Sequence record: NC_094493.1
DNA from: a phage
Strand: one strand, 5' to 3'
Length of the DNA stretch: 64,000 nt
The translations under genes and the position numbers were made by a program. Positions 18,299 through 28,017 of the stretch are shown in pieces (positions within the stretch are counted from its first letter, which is position 1; every line of letters begins with the position of its first letter). The notes beneath the pieces were generated by a model. The model had not been told where the DNA came from and searched no databases. It saw only the letters and a program-made list of their open reading frames with translations.

Positions 18299-18494
18299 TT
18301 GGACAATACGCGGTTACCTGGTAAAGTGTACGACATAGGGCGGGGCAATAAGGCAACGCCCATTAATGAGGGTGGAATCATGTTAGAGAAAATTTTCACG
18401 GTTGTAGTAGTGGGCCTGGCGTTATCGGTTGGAGTAGTTGCAACTATGGCTAACATGATCCTATCTTCCCACGGTATTGGATAAGGTGAATCAA

Positions 18495-18710
18495 ATGATC
18501 ACGAATAAAACAGGTAAAACAGAATTTTTACGCGGCTTGCAGATCGGCAAGCCTGAGATCTGGTATTGCACTAAAACACCACGTGACGAAATGAAAGATT
18601 TTACCGCCACGCTGAAGCGGGTAAAGATATCTATCACGCAGAAAAAAGCCTTGATAGTGGTTGAAGGTGAGATCCCCCAAACCGTTGTTATAGTTGAGCG
18701 TACAGCATAG
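18495..18710 (+). CDS. hypothetical protein
   Basis: RBS aaggtgaatcaa ATG. Confidence 0.4.
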   Translation: MITNKTGKTEFLRGLQIGKPEIWYCTKTPRDEMKDFTATLKRVKISITQKKALIVVEGEIPQTVVIVERTA

Positions 18711-18798
18711 TTTAATTTATAGAGATACCTGAAAATTAACCAATAAAGCATAAACAGGCGGTAACCGCCTTAAACGTAGCAGAAAGAGGATAGACACA

Positions 18799-19083
18799 AT
18801 GAAAAAGATGATCGCAGTGGTTGCCCTGGTTGTTGGACTTAATGCGCCTGTAATGGCTAAAGAGCTGGCAAAAGAGGTTAATCTAACGGATATTCATGCC
18901 GTCAATCAAATCGGGGTTACTTATCGCTTATGCCTTGCCGCTAAAACTTTTAATGACGGCACAACAGAGTACTACGGATTCGAGGGTATCCGGTGCGGTG
19001 AGCTTGCTCGCGACCTTAAGGAAGATCCAGATCTGGAAGATCTACCCATCACCGTAAACGGTAAAGCTTACGTAAACCGTTAA
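18799..19083 (+). CDS. putative secreted/periplasmic protein
   Basis: N-terminal signal-peptide-like MKKMIAVVALVVGLNAPVMA; leader hairpin ggcggtaaccgcc; RBS agaggatagacaca ATG. Confidence 0.55.
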   Translation: MKKMIAVVALVVGLNAPVMAKELAKEVNLTDIHAVNQIGVTYRLCLAAKTFNDGTTEYYGFEGIRCGELARDLKEDPDLEDLPITVNGKAYVNR

Positions 19084-19233
19084 CCATGAGAAAGATAACC
19101 ATCACCTTGGGGATTGTGGTAGCAATACTGGCGCTCTTTCCCCTTATGGTTAGGTATGTGCTGATCAGTGTTGTCCTGATAGTCAGTGATCTATTGGAAA
19201 CGGTTGGCACCTTGTTTTAAAGAGCGATAAAAA

Positions 19234-19425
19234 ATGAATATCGAACAAGTTAGAAAGGTATTAGCGGTACTGCGTTATCATAATCATAGAAAGGTCATAG
19301 ACGATCCTGATTATGTTGATTCAAGCCTGGAAGAGGATACACTACAAGCCATAAGTAACATGCAAGAATTGCTAAAGCGCATGACAGAGAAAAACCGACC
19401 GGACTACATAGGCGAAAAAATATAA
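19234..19425 (+). CDS. hypothetical protein
   Basis: ORF; followed by a hairpin plus T-run (19441-19472). Confidence 0.45.
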   Translation: MNIEQVRKVLAVLRYHNHRKVIDDPDYVDSSLEEDTLQAISNMQELLKRMTEKNRPDYIGEKI

Positions 19426-19440
19426 TATTTATAAACTACA

Positions 19441-19472
19441 AAACAGGGCTTGCAATGGTCCTGTTTTTTGTT
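19441..19472 (+). terminator. Putative intrinsic terminator
   Basis: Imperfect hairpin acagggcttgcaatggtcctgt followed by TTTTTT. Confidence 0.45.
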
Positions 19473-19484
19473 ATACTTATTCCA

Positions 19485-19530
19485 CGGCAGGCACCTGGCG
19501 ACGGGGGGAGACAATCACCGGGCCTGCCTG
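19485..19530. repeat. Inverted copy of the element found at 10413-10454 and 10553-10589
   Basis: Reverse complement matches core CCGGTGATTGTCTCCC plus flanking GGCAGG and GGTGCCTGCC; the element is itself a long hairpin. Confidence 0.5.
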
Positions 19531-19640
19531 TCATATAAGAACTATAAAAACCGTTGACATCTGCCATGGGGTGGGGTAACATTTATCTTGAAGGGGCAAG
19601 ACGTTTGCCCCACACAACAACCAGAAGAGAGGAAAACATC

Positions 19641-19913
19641 ATGTCAAGCTGGATTAATCAAGAGGTCGAATCACGTTTTAATGCTATATGGGATCTCATC
19701 GAAAAAGAGGACGGAACATCAAGCCCTTACCTCAATAATCTTGAATTCCATTTTGTGGAAGCGATGAACGCAGAACATGATCACGAAGGTGGTGCGGACG
19801 AGTTCGCTAAAGGGTATGGCTTCAACAATGCCAACGAAATGATCGAGGCGGTTGTACTCCAGGCTGAGGAAGATTATCAATTAAAAACGCTTGAATTCTG
19901 CCGCCGTAAGTAA
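19641..19913 (+). CDS. hypothetical protein
   Basis: Promoter TTGACA 19555 with -10 TAACAT; leader hairpin ggggcaagacgtttgcccc (19593-19611); RBS gaggaaaacatc ATG. Confidence 0.55.
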   Translation: MSSWINQEVESRFNAIWDLIEKEDGTSSPYLNNLEFHFVEAMNAEHDHEGGADEFAKGYGFNNANEMIEAVVLQAEEDYQLKTLEFCRRK

Positions 19914-19974
19914 TAAGATAATGACACGGGCCAAAAGGCCCACTAAACCAGGACCACATAAAGAGGAAAACATC

Positions 19975-20238
19975 ATGAAACGTCTTGACCAGCTCAAACT
20001 AGTTCAGTACATGGCTTACAGAATTCTTGAAGTCCAAAAAGGTAGCAAAAAAGAAGTTTGCGAGAAAGCGTACAAGATCTTTACTCGCAAAAAAGACGAT
20101 TGGATGTTACGCCAGACTAAAAAGGCTGACATCTTGGGGTACCTGGAAGAAGAGATCCGGCTTGAAGAACAAGAAGAGATCCGCCGTAGTGAGGCAGATT
20201 ATCAGGCAGCTTGGGAAAACTGGATGAGCAACAAATAA
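19975..20238 (+). CDS. hypothetical protein (basic, coiled-coil-like)
   Basis: Leader hairpin gggccaaaaggccc; RBS gaggaaaacatc ATG identical to gene 19641. Confidence 0.55.
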   Translation: MKRLDQLKLVQYMAYRILEVQKGSKKEVCEKAYKIFTRKKDDWMLRQTKKADILGYLEEEIRLEEQEEIRRSEADYQAAWENWMSNK

Positions 20239-20382
20239 TACAACAAGTTACATGGTCAGGGGCAATAAAGCCCCTTGATTACATAAAAATTATGCTATCC
20301 CTTGTTGACAGGGATCGGCAGTTTTGCTATATTCTTTTTTGAAGGGAAGTTGTAAGAAAATTAACTAAGAGGTAAAAACACC

Positions 20383-20802
20383 ATGAACATTAAATCTGAT
20401 AATCCGGCATATAGCTTTGATAACGCTTTTTGTCACGGTCCGGCGGCGAAAGGATTCGAAATCGATGGTAAACTAGTTATTGTTAATGTTGACGGGGAAG
20501 AGGTTGCAGTATATCCGGTGGCAGACGTTAAAAGCCGTCTACAATGCCGCATGGATGTTACCGCCTATCAGCTTGATCCGGTCCGGGTAGTTGCCCTGGT
20601 CCTGGAAGAAGAAATTAAAGCAATGCACCACAGCAACAAGTTTATTGGTGACGCTCAAGATAATATGCAGGTATGCCGCTATAAAGTTAATGAAGTGCTT
20701 AAAGAGTACGGCTATAAGGATTTAATGATCAAGCGTGATGAAAAATTCCGCTACCGTAACGACCTGGCAAATCGGATTTTTGAAATATACGAATCATTAT
20801 AA
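20383..20802 (+). CDS. hypothetical protein
   Basis: Promoter TTGACA ~20305 with -10 TATATT; RBS agaggtaaaaacacc ATG; terminator follows. Confidence 0.55.
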   Translation: MNIKSDNPAYSFDNAFCHGPAAKGFEIDGKLVIVNVDGEEVAVYPVADVKSRLQCRMDVTAYQLDPVRVVALVLEEEIKAMHHSNKFIGDAQDNMQVCRYKVNEVLKEYGYKDLMIKRDEKFRYRNDLANRIFEIYESL

Positions 20803-20820
20803 TTTTTTAACTGAATTATC

Positions 20821-20846
20821 AAGGGGCTTAGGCCCCTTTCTTTTTG
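20821..20846 (+). terminator. Intrinsic terminator closing the + strand block
   Basis: Hairpin aggggcttaggcccct followed by TTTCTTTTT. Confidence 0.65.
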
Positions 20847-20849
20847 TCT

Positions 20850-23290
20850 GCTCTTCCCCCTACCATAAACGGCCCTACCTGGCAAGTGGAATAATTGACG
20901 AGCCATCAATCCCACACACTGTACAAATATACATGTAAAATAGCTATTGCATAACCTTTCATTGTGTGGTAGCAGGGCTATTTTTACCCGTTTTCCCTTC
21001 CAAAATTGCACGTAATGCCGCTATTGCACAAATTTTAACCTGATGCACATCTCCAATATCTTGTCAACAACTAAAAATCTTTATAAGTCATACACTTACA
21101 CAACATAGAAAGCGTGTCCTACGCGAAAAATCGAGTATAACTATAGCCGCCAGATCTCAGAATTCACGTACGCACGCCATTCTATAGCCTGCAAAGTATT
21201 TATTCCAACCACAGAATAACGGAATAGTCAATACCTGCATAAAATAATTATTCGTGTAAACTGCATAACATAAATCAGCTCAGGTGTCAACATTTTTCGT
21301 AAACAGTCCGAAATTATCACGATGAGTTATCATAAACAGAGAAATCTTTAGTCGTCTAATGTTTACTGTACATTACTATACTGACTGGAATCATTAGATG
21401 ACTAAGAGAAAGATAAGAAATAATTAATAATGTGATTATTTTACCTGTAACAATAAGGCAACTATGCAAACGAATGGCATGGCGCGACGGAGTCGCGACA
21501 TAATATAAAAGCAGTAACCATCACCCCCGTGATAGTTTGTCTGCAATCTATTAATCAGATCATAGTTGCCTTGTATTTAGTTAATCATGACATAACAAGC
21601 AAGGCAACTATAGATCTTCTAATAGTTGCCCTGCTTTTATATTATGTCATAGAAACACCCGAAGGGGTGACCAAAGGTCACCTGGCATAGCCAGCGAAAG
21701 ATTATTAACTTGCTAATCGTTATCATGCAAACGAATGGCATGGCTTATAATTTTTGAGCAAATAGTCTATACGTGAACAGTGAGGCATGCAATAGTAACA
21801 ATTGTTATTATATCCAGTGTTTAGTTTGCCCAGTGTGTCACTATTATGTCATATTATGTCACAGTATGTCAGACAAGTTTTTCTCCTCTTTGTCAAGTGC
21901 TGCATGAAAAATTTACAAGCTGGTATGGTAGCATTTTTGCGGTCCTGTTTACATTCAGTAATGTATGTATAATCCTTGTTGTGTGGGCGTTTAGACGTCT
22001 AGACGGTTGGAAGTCCACAGGTCAATATCTAATCTATCGGCTGCTAACTATATCCCACACAAATAGTAAGAAATATGATTGTTATATGCGTAAACAGTAA
22101 CTCATGTTATCAATCCCTGTATGTATCGCCAGTGGTGCGCATAATGGGTATTATGTTAAATTGCCCGTAATGATAATGGTTCTCACAATGATATGTATTC
22201 TCATTCCCCCACACAAAATAGATTGCAAATGTTGTGCCACTATGTGAACGGCCTCACCTATTAATTTGCCTCACTGCCTCGATATTTGAGAATTGTTATA
22301 AGAATGAGAATGATTCCCATTTCGTCCGCCTGGCAGCACTCCTGTAGGACAAGCACAAAATCGTGGCATAGCTGGACCTGTTCAGATATTTCTGGCTGGC
22401 TCTTCAGGTCTGTGTGGGAAAAGCCAACCCCCTCCGGCGGCGGGGAGGGTGTCAATTAAAAAATTTATGGGGTATATGAAGCGCTCTTCAGGTAAGGCAT
22501 GTACTATGGGATGAAACCCTCTTCAGGCAATGATATTTGTGGGTGTGATATTTGCTGGAAAGCCAGATATGACGGGACTCCCGGCGGGGCAGGGGTAGTA
22601 CAGACAGGGAAAATATGGGGATGTAGTTGGGTGAATTGATCGGGCAGGTAGAGTACGGAATATGTTACAAGTATGTTAAATATGGAGGGTGAATATCTGC
22701 AGGATTTGTGTGTAAAATCAAAGACTTAAGTAGTGTTGTGGTATTTTCTATAAATAATTCAAGTTTAATAGGTAATATTTGTCTCTATCCACTTTGTGTG
22801 GTAAACAAATTCAAATGAGATTGGTTTACAAGTGTATACATAATATGCAAATTAAAGATACAAGAAACCCCCCTCCCCCTTCGGCTACCATTCACCTTTT
22901 CCTCTGACTGGTACTTAAACACTTATTCAGACTCTTCAGGTTATCACCCATACACCATATGGCAGTGACTGGTGTCCTCCGGCCCCTCTTTCGTCACCCG
23001 TCCGCTTCGCCATGCTAATGCCATAGCCAAATGTTCGGTTGTTCACCCTGTTCACTCAGGTGTATCTCCATACCCCTTCAAACCGAAGAGAACAGAAAAC
23101 CCGAATTACTCGGTAAAAGAAAAGAGAAGAACTTAATTTTATCAGGATAGGCAAGAATGTCAAGGCATGACTGCTCACTAAACAAGCAAACAGTCATGTG
23201 TGGGAGGTAAGTGATTGTGGTGGTAGGAAATTTAGTTGAAAGATGTGTTATAGGTGCTTCCAGCACTTTAGCCTGGCAGCTAATTGTGTG
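20850..23290. other. ~2.4 kb non-coding, repeat-rich convergence region between the + and - gene blocks
   Basis: No convincing ORF. Short direct repeats (AACGAATGGCATGGC x2; GGCAACTAT/ATAGTTGCC in both orientations; TATGTCA x3; CTCTTCAGG x3); GC hairpins around 22430 and 22580. Confidence 0.5.
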
Positions 23291-23572
23291 TCAGTCCAGC
23301 GGTTCATCCTCTACTTCACTGAAATCAATGTTCATGGTCTCTTCCCAACCATCGATCTCAGCACAAGAGTGGAGTTCTTTAGGGTTTACTCCCAAAGCCT
23401 CAGCAACAGAGTCTATATTTAACACCTCTGGCAGGTATGATTCATCGAATTCAAGGTAAATCAGGCCACGAGTGTTGTCAACTCCACCAAATATTTCTAT
23501 CTTCATGAAATCTCCTCTGGAAATGAGAGTGTGAACAGGGTTTATACGTTCCAATGCACTGGAATTATGCAC
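23291..23572 (-). CDS. hypothetical acidic protein
   Basis: ORF; true start may be the internal ATG at 23506 (MKIEIFGG...), matching N-termini of neighbouring paralogues. Confidence 0.45.
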   Translation of the reverse strand: MHNSSALERINPVHTLISRGDFMKIEIFGGVDNTRGLIYLEFDESYLPEVLNIDSVAEALGVNPKELHSCAEIDGWEETMNIDFSEVEDEPLD

Positions 23573-23626
23573 GTTTGCCTCTTCAGACCATGCTTTAGCA
23601 TGAGGAACCTGTGTGGGCTCGGTGCT

Positions 23627-24040
23627 TCATAGTCTACCACCCCTGAACTCTTCGTGCTCAGGCATAATAGAGAACCAGATATCTACGATGTCTTCCCACG
23701 TTAGGTCATCAGCCTCAGGATCTACCTGGAGCGAAGATGGAGAATCTTCAGAATCGAAGTTTTCCTCTTTCACTGGCTCAGCCAAGGGACATATAGTCAC
23801 TCCTTTGGATGTCTCTTCAAATGCATGTGTGTTTATCATGTTCCACCCGTGAGTATTCCGGCAACAGCCACTATGGACGTAATGATCATCAGGATCACCA
23901 CCAAAACCTCTGACAATGTTTTCATTGTGTGTCCCATATTCTCCAAACGATGTGTGGATACTATCACTGGAGCGGAAATGTGTCAACAGAAACGTCGCGA
24001 GGGTTTGGTTAAAATCCGAGCGTATGGTGATTTGGGTCAA
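23627..24040 (-). CDS. hypothetical protein
   Basis: ORF in - strand gene-dense block. Confidence 0.45.
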   Translation of the reverse strand: MTQITIRSDFNQTLATFLLTHFRSSDSIHTSFGEYGTHNENIVRGFGGDPDDHYVHSGCCRNTHGWNMINTHAFEETSKGVTICPLAEPVKEENFDSEDSPSSLQVDPEADDLTWEDIVDIWFSIMPEHEEFRGGRL

Positions 24041-24199
24041 AACGGACGTGCGTTCTCGCTACGCTCGAAATATAAAGTTGTTTGTAGGAAGCTCTTAAAC
24101 GCTCTGTAATGAGATTAACTACCCAAGGTATTCAATCGTGCACCAGACAAAGAAAAGGACGCCACAGAGCGTCCTAGGTGTCTTAAATTTGATATTTTG

Positions 24200-24511
24200 C
24201 TATACCCATGAGGGCTTATCAAGATTGGAGTAGCTAAAAGGTGTCAAAAGGTGACTGTCAAAATCTCTCAAACTATCCAGATCTTTTTCCTCGTCCTGGC
24301 ACCATCTGTGCCTACATTTATTGTTGTAGTGCATAGAATGCATAGCGTTCTGCAACTTAACAGGTACAAGTGATTCAGGAGTAGATAGTATTGTTGGGTA
24401 TGCCAGAACCACCTCAAACAGTGGAAACACATCGAAACTAAAGTCTACCTCTGCAGAGGTTGATGGCATATAGGAGTATTTAGCCGCCTTTGTAGACATA
24501 ATCCACCTCAC
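24200..24511 (-). CDS. hypothetical protein
   Basis: ORF; 4-nt overlap with upstream gene. Confidence 0.5.
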   Translation of the reverse strand: MRWIMSTKAAKYSYMPSTSAEVDFSFDVFPLFEVVLAYPTILSTPESLVPVKLQNAMHSMHYNNKCRHRWCQDEEKDLDSLRDFDSHLLTPFSYSNLDKPSWV

Positions 24512-24834
24512 ACAGGTTTGATAATACCTTTACCGAATAACTCTTTGTATCTAATCTTGTCCGGATCCCCCTCCTGGATAATTTCGAAGACAATATCCAA
24601 CCCTGGGATAATCACTTCTCCAGTGTCAAGTTTGGCAAGAACAAAACCAGAAGGTTGAATGGTTTCCCAGTTGCGACGATTGGAATAGAAGACCTCGAAA
24701 ATATCACCGACCTTGATCTGTTGATCAAGATGTTCAAGATTCTCTTTCATATAGACGCAGCGTATTTTTCGTGCAGGCCATAGACCACCTGCATCACGTT
24801 CATTCAATTCTTTTACAGTGATCGGTATACCCAT
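24508..24834 (-). CDS. hypothetical protein
   Basis: ORF, coupled arrangement. Confidence 0.5.
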   Translation of the reverse strand: MGIPITVKELNERDAGGLWPARKIRCVYMKENLEHLDQQIKVGDIFEVFYSNRRNWETIQPSGFVLAKLDTGEVIIPGLDIVFEIIQEGDPDKIRYKELFGKGIIKPV

Positions 24835-24856
24835 CTCAAATCTCCTTCATAGATAG

Positions 24857-24884
24857 TAAAAAGAGGGGCCCAAGCCCCTCTTTG
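24857..24884 (-). terminator. Putative intrinsic terminator
   Basis: Hairpin agaggggcttgggcccctct followed by a T-run on the - strand. Confidence 0.5.
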
Positions 24885-24887
24885 TCA

Positions 24888-25193
24888 TTATTCTACAGAG
24901 CGTTTGAACAGAATGTCTGCCTCAGACATGTGCTCAACCTCTTCTTCGATTTTAGCTCGACGTTTTTCAGCCTCATAGCGAATATCGAACTCGGTAGCCA
25001 CCAGAGATTTGATGAATTTAGGAGAATACAGGTGATCCTGCTTCTCAACGAGAATGATATCCTTAATGGCATCTTTCAGATCTTTAATCTGAAGCTGGAG
25101 TTCCACCAGTTCTTCGATTGTTTTGCGAAGGCGATCACGTTCTGCAGTGTCAGAAGGAAGAGAGGTGAACAGTTCAACTTTAGATTTAGCCAT
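24888..25193 (-). CDS. hypothetical coiled-coil protein
   Basis: ORF with charged heptad-like sequence. Confidence 0.5.
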   Translation of the reverse strand: MAKSKVELFTSLPSDTAERDRLRKTIEELVELQLQIKDLKDAIKDIILVEKQDHLYSPKFIKSLVATEFDIRYEAEKRRAKIEEEVEHMSEADILFKRSVE

Positions 25194-25221
25194 AGTAAGA
25201 GTCTCCTTATGTTGTTTTAAA

Positions 25222-25473
25222 TTAACGTTCTACAAAAATACCGTTCAGTTCAATAACCAAGAATTTCTGGTCTTCACTATCGTCTCGTGCCAGCACCTCA
25301 CAGACGTATCGGTCATCCCCATCATCATCGCAGTCAAATACAAGACTGAGGACTTTATCATGATAAACTTTCGCCACTACCGCCTCGTAAGTATTGCCGA
25401 TTGTGAATCCAAGATAATCTCCAATGCATTTGACAACAACATGATCACCAGCATTCAAGTCAATCTTCGTCAT
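25222..25473 (-). CDS. hypothetical protein
   Basis: ORF; start placed at internal ATG (MTKIDLNAGD). Confidence 0.45.
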   Translation of the reverse strand: MTKIDLNAGDHVVVKCIGDYLGFTIGNTYEAVVAKVYHDKVLSLVFDCDDDGDDRYVCEVLARDDSEDQKFLVIELNGIFVER

Positions 25474-25628
25474 TACTGCGCTCCTTGGGTAATAATACTG
25501 TATGTAAAACTTTAACCAGAGATGTGAATAACGCCCCAAAACACACCGATAGCGCTAAAACAGACAAGGCCATCATTAAAGCTTCAGTAAAATCAGTCAC
25601 CCCTCACCTCTTGTTAGTCACTATACTG

Positions 25629-25892
25629 TCATTTATCCTTGCCGTCAAGAACTTTTTTAAATCTTTCAGGGATATCGCCTGTTCTTAGATAGCTCATGAC
25701 CTCACAAGGTTCCCACTTAAATTTCTTACAAAGCAGGGCGGCTGAGATTGTTTCATTGCGAAAAGAAAGGATATTAATATCCCATTCTGAGAACCCCAAC
25801 TTCCGAAGGGTAGCTACAGAAATCCTCACCGCAACCCAGCAGCAAAAACATGCAACAAACGCCACTGCTATAACCCACATCAGGATGTTCAT
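25629..25892 (-). CDS. putative membrane protein
   Basis: N-terminal hydrophobic helix MNILMWVIAVAFVACFCCWVAV. Confidence 0.45.
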   Translation of the reverse strand: MNILMWVIAVAFVACFCCWVAVRISVATLRKLGFSEWDINILSFRNETISAALLCKKFKWEPCEVMSYLRTGDIPERFKKVLDGKDK

Positions 25893-25981
25893 ACAAGCAC
25901 CTTACTGAAATACAAGACACAGTGTTAAGGTTACTGACCAGCAAATAATTAATAGTGCCGTTGCAACCTTGGCAAGATTTA

Positions 25982-26269
25982 TCATAGTGCCTCTAAGATT
26001 TCATATCCTTCTGGTCGGAATACAAGCCACTCCGTGGCTCCGTTTGGTCGATACGCTTTATACAGAACAACCTGATCTCGGCACATGCACATGGCTACAT
26101 AGTTTTCATCCACACCTGCAGCCTGCATTGCATCTTCTTCTCCGGCAACCGCCTTGCTTACAACTTCCTTGGTAGGAAGGTGTGCGATCAGCTCGTCACC
26201 ATCATTAATTCCAAAATGGCTTAGTTCTCCATTGGTATCTTTAATCTTAATCTTAACCAGATCTTTCAT
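25982..26269 (-). CDS. hypothetical protein
   Basis: ORF, coupled to neighbours. Confidence 0.5.
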   Translation of the reverse strand: MKDLVKIKIKDTNGELSHFGINDGDELIAHLPTKEVVSKAVAGEEDAMQAAGVDENYVAMCMCRDQVVLYKAYRPNGATEWLVFRPEGYEILEAL

Positions 26270-26598
26270 TAGTCTTTCTCCAGGTTCAAAGGCCCTAAGA
26301 TTTCATATGCCAGATTAGAAGTTACCAGAGGATCTTCTGCATCTTTAGTATTGTACCACCCGTGAATAACCAGAGTCCCACTTTGTTTCATGTCCAACTG
26401 GAACTCTTCTGCCGTTTCCTCATCCAGCTCCAAGATTTCCATAAGGTATTTGATGTTAGGAAGGTATGCAGCTGTTACAGTTCCCTCCACCAAACCTTCG
26501 GGCCAACCTACATCTGGATGACAAGTAGGAACCAGGTTGGTCAGCTTAATGGTGTACGCTTTTTCTGCACGAGCCTTCAGTAACGGGTCAATCTTCAT
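26269..26598 (-). CDS. hypothetical protein
   Basis: ORF, 1-nt overlaps on both sides. Confidence 0.5.
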   Translation of the reverse strand: MKIDPLLKARAEKAYTIKLTNLVPTCHPDVGWPEGLVEGTVTAAYLPNIKYLMEILELDEETAEEFQLDMKQSGTLVIHGWYNTKDAEDPLVTSNLAYEILGPLNLEKD

Positions 26599-26948
26599 TA
26601 TTCGTCCTCCTCTTCGGTGCCTGCTTCCAGCAATAAGTTAAGAATATCTTCTGCACAAGGCTCATAGAACTCTTGGCCTTCATTATCGATGATTTTGTAG
26701 TCATCTCCACGAATAATCAGAGGATCACTCTCAAAATTATCAAGACCTTTAACAACGACAACACGATCAATTGCCATCATTGTAAGAACTTTATCGACAT
26801 CTTCCTCTGCTACACCATACTGCAGCAGAATGTCTTTAGTAGGAGGAACAGCATCCACCACAACACCGTTACCAAAACCTTCCGGGAGTTTAGCTAAAAT
26901 ATCTTCCGGAACCACATTCACATCAAAACCGGTAATTTCTACTTTCAT
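26598..26948 (-). CDS. small acidic protein (MK(V/I)-hairpin paralogue family)
   Basis: N-terminus MKVEITGF and acidic C-terminus; resembles 26949, 28373, 29899, 30143, 33798. Confidence 0.55.
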   Translation of the reverse strand: MKVEITGFDVNVVPEDILAKLPEGFGNGVVVDAVPPTKDILLQYGVAEEDVDKVLTMMAIDRVVVVKGLDNFESDPLIIRGDDYKIIDNEGQEFYEPCAEDILNLLLEAGTEEEDE

Positions 26949-27209
26949 TTACAGCACCTCTTCGTCAACTACTTCATAAAAATGGCCTGGGATTGCAATA
27001 GCGTTCTCACCTTCACCTACAAACACAGTTCCGTCAAGAATCAACATCATAAGAATTTCTGGAATATCCTCTTCCGGAACGTTGCCAAAACCTTTAATCA
27101 GCGTGTAGGTTGGAAGATTTACCTCTAAGATGCCACCATCTTTAGAGCGGAAATCAACACCATCCTGAATCTCTGCCATTTCAAGGTTTTTCAGTTTAAT
27201 CTTCATCAA
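26949..27209 (-). CDS. small acidic protein (paralogue family)
   Basis: MMKIKLKNL... ending ...FYEVVDEEVL. Confidence 0.55.
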   Translation of the reverse strand: MMKIKLKNLEMAEIQDGVDFRSKDGGILEVNLPTYTLIKGFGNVPEEDIPEILMMLILDGTVFVGEGENAIAIPGHFYEVVDEEVL

Positions 27210-27285
27210 TCAGTCTCCCGTCTTGTTAAGATGAAGGTATTATTTCACACAGGGTTGGTGTTGTCAACACCTGTGTGCAAGAAAA

Positions 27286-27681
27286 TTACTGAAACAGTGC
27301 GGATAAATTACCTTCTGGTGGGAACTTATCTGCCAAAAACGGTGTTAGCACAGTAGCCTTCTGAAGATCTGGGGTCCACTCGTTGTTCAGAACATCCCAG
27401 TAGTACGCAATGTTGCTGTGTGGGTGCCGCATTACGAACTTTTTCCCTTCGTAGTCATCTGAAACCTCTACAGAAGAAATAACAACAGAATCTTCAAGGG
27501 TTTCTTCATAGAAAGATCCGCCTTCAAATTTCCAACGAGATGCAAGAGCCCCTGCCTTGAACGCTGCAGATAACGGACTGTCGGCAAGAACATACATTTC
27601 TTGCACTCTGCCGCTGCGATCTTTACTTCTTACGTTGTACACAGTATCTGAGCTATACTCAACACGGTATAGGCTTACCAT
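27286..27681 (-). CDS. hypothetical protein (paralogue of 29488-29886)
   Basis: Shares HPxSxxxxYWxxxxxxWTP motif with the 132 aa protein at 29488. Confidence 0.55.
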   Translation of the reverse strand: MVSLYRVEYSSDTVYNVRSKDRSGRVQEMYVLADSPLSAAFKAGALASRWKFEGGSFYEETLEDSVVISSVEVSDDYEGKKFVMRHPHSNIAYYWDVLNNEWTPDLQKATVLTPFLADKFPPEGNLSALFQ

Positions 27682-28013
27682 TACCGCACCTCCTCAATAA
27701 CTTCCACATCTGAACCTACCACAAATGCAAAAGGACAGGTTTCATGAAAGACATCCGGATCGCCGCCAAGCTTGCTAACAATTTCTCCACCACTAATAAA
27801 CACAAGCTCACCGATATTCATCAGATTGCTGAAATAGTATCCATAATGATTGAAGAATGCAGCAGGGTCAGGTAGACTAGTAGCCTCAAGTTCTACATCT
27901 GTTGAGATTACTTTCTTATCATAACCTCTCGCCTTCTGAGATGCAAGATCCGCAGAATCTTCAGGCGACCGGAGATGCACAGGAATTGTTTCACCAATAA
28001 AGCGTACTTTCAT
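27681..28013 (-). CDS. hypothetical protein
   Basis: ORF; start placed at ATG 28013 (MKVRFIG), immediately after the upstream stop. Confidence 0.45.
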   Translation of the reverse strand: MKVRFIGETIPVHLRSPEDSADLASQKARGYDKKVISTDVELEATSLPDPAAFFNHYGYYFSNLMNIGELVFISGGEIVSKLGGDPDVFHETCPFAFVVGSDVEVIEEVR

Positions 28014-28017
28014 ATTA

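Noticed and set aside
21846-22100. 84 aa ORF in the large intergenic region
   Set aside because: No RBS, starts within direct repeats (TATGTCA), and is isolated from any operon context.
20850-23290. tRNA gene cluster, as found in T5-like early regions
   Set aside because: No cloverleaf-compatible segment with T-loop (GTTCGAATC-like) and D-loop consensus was recognisable by eye. A tRNAscan run would be needed to be sure.
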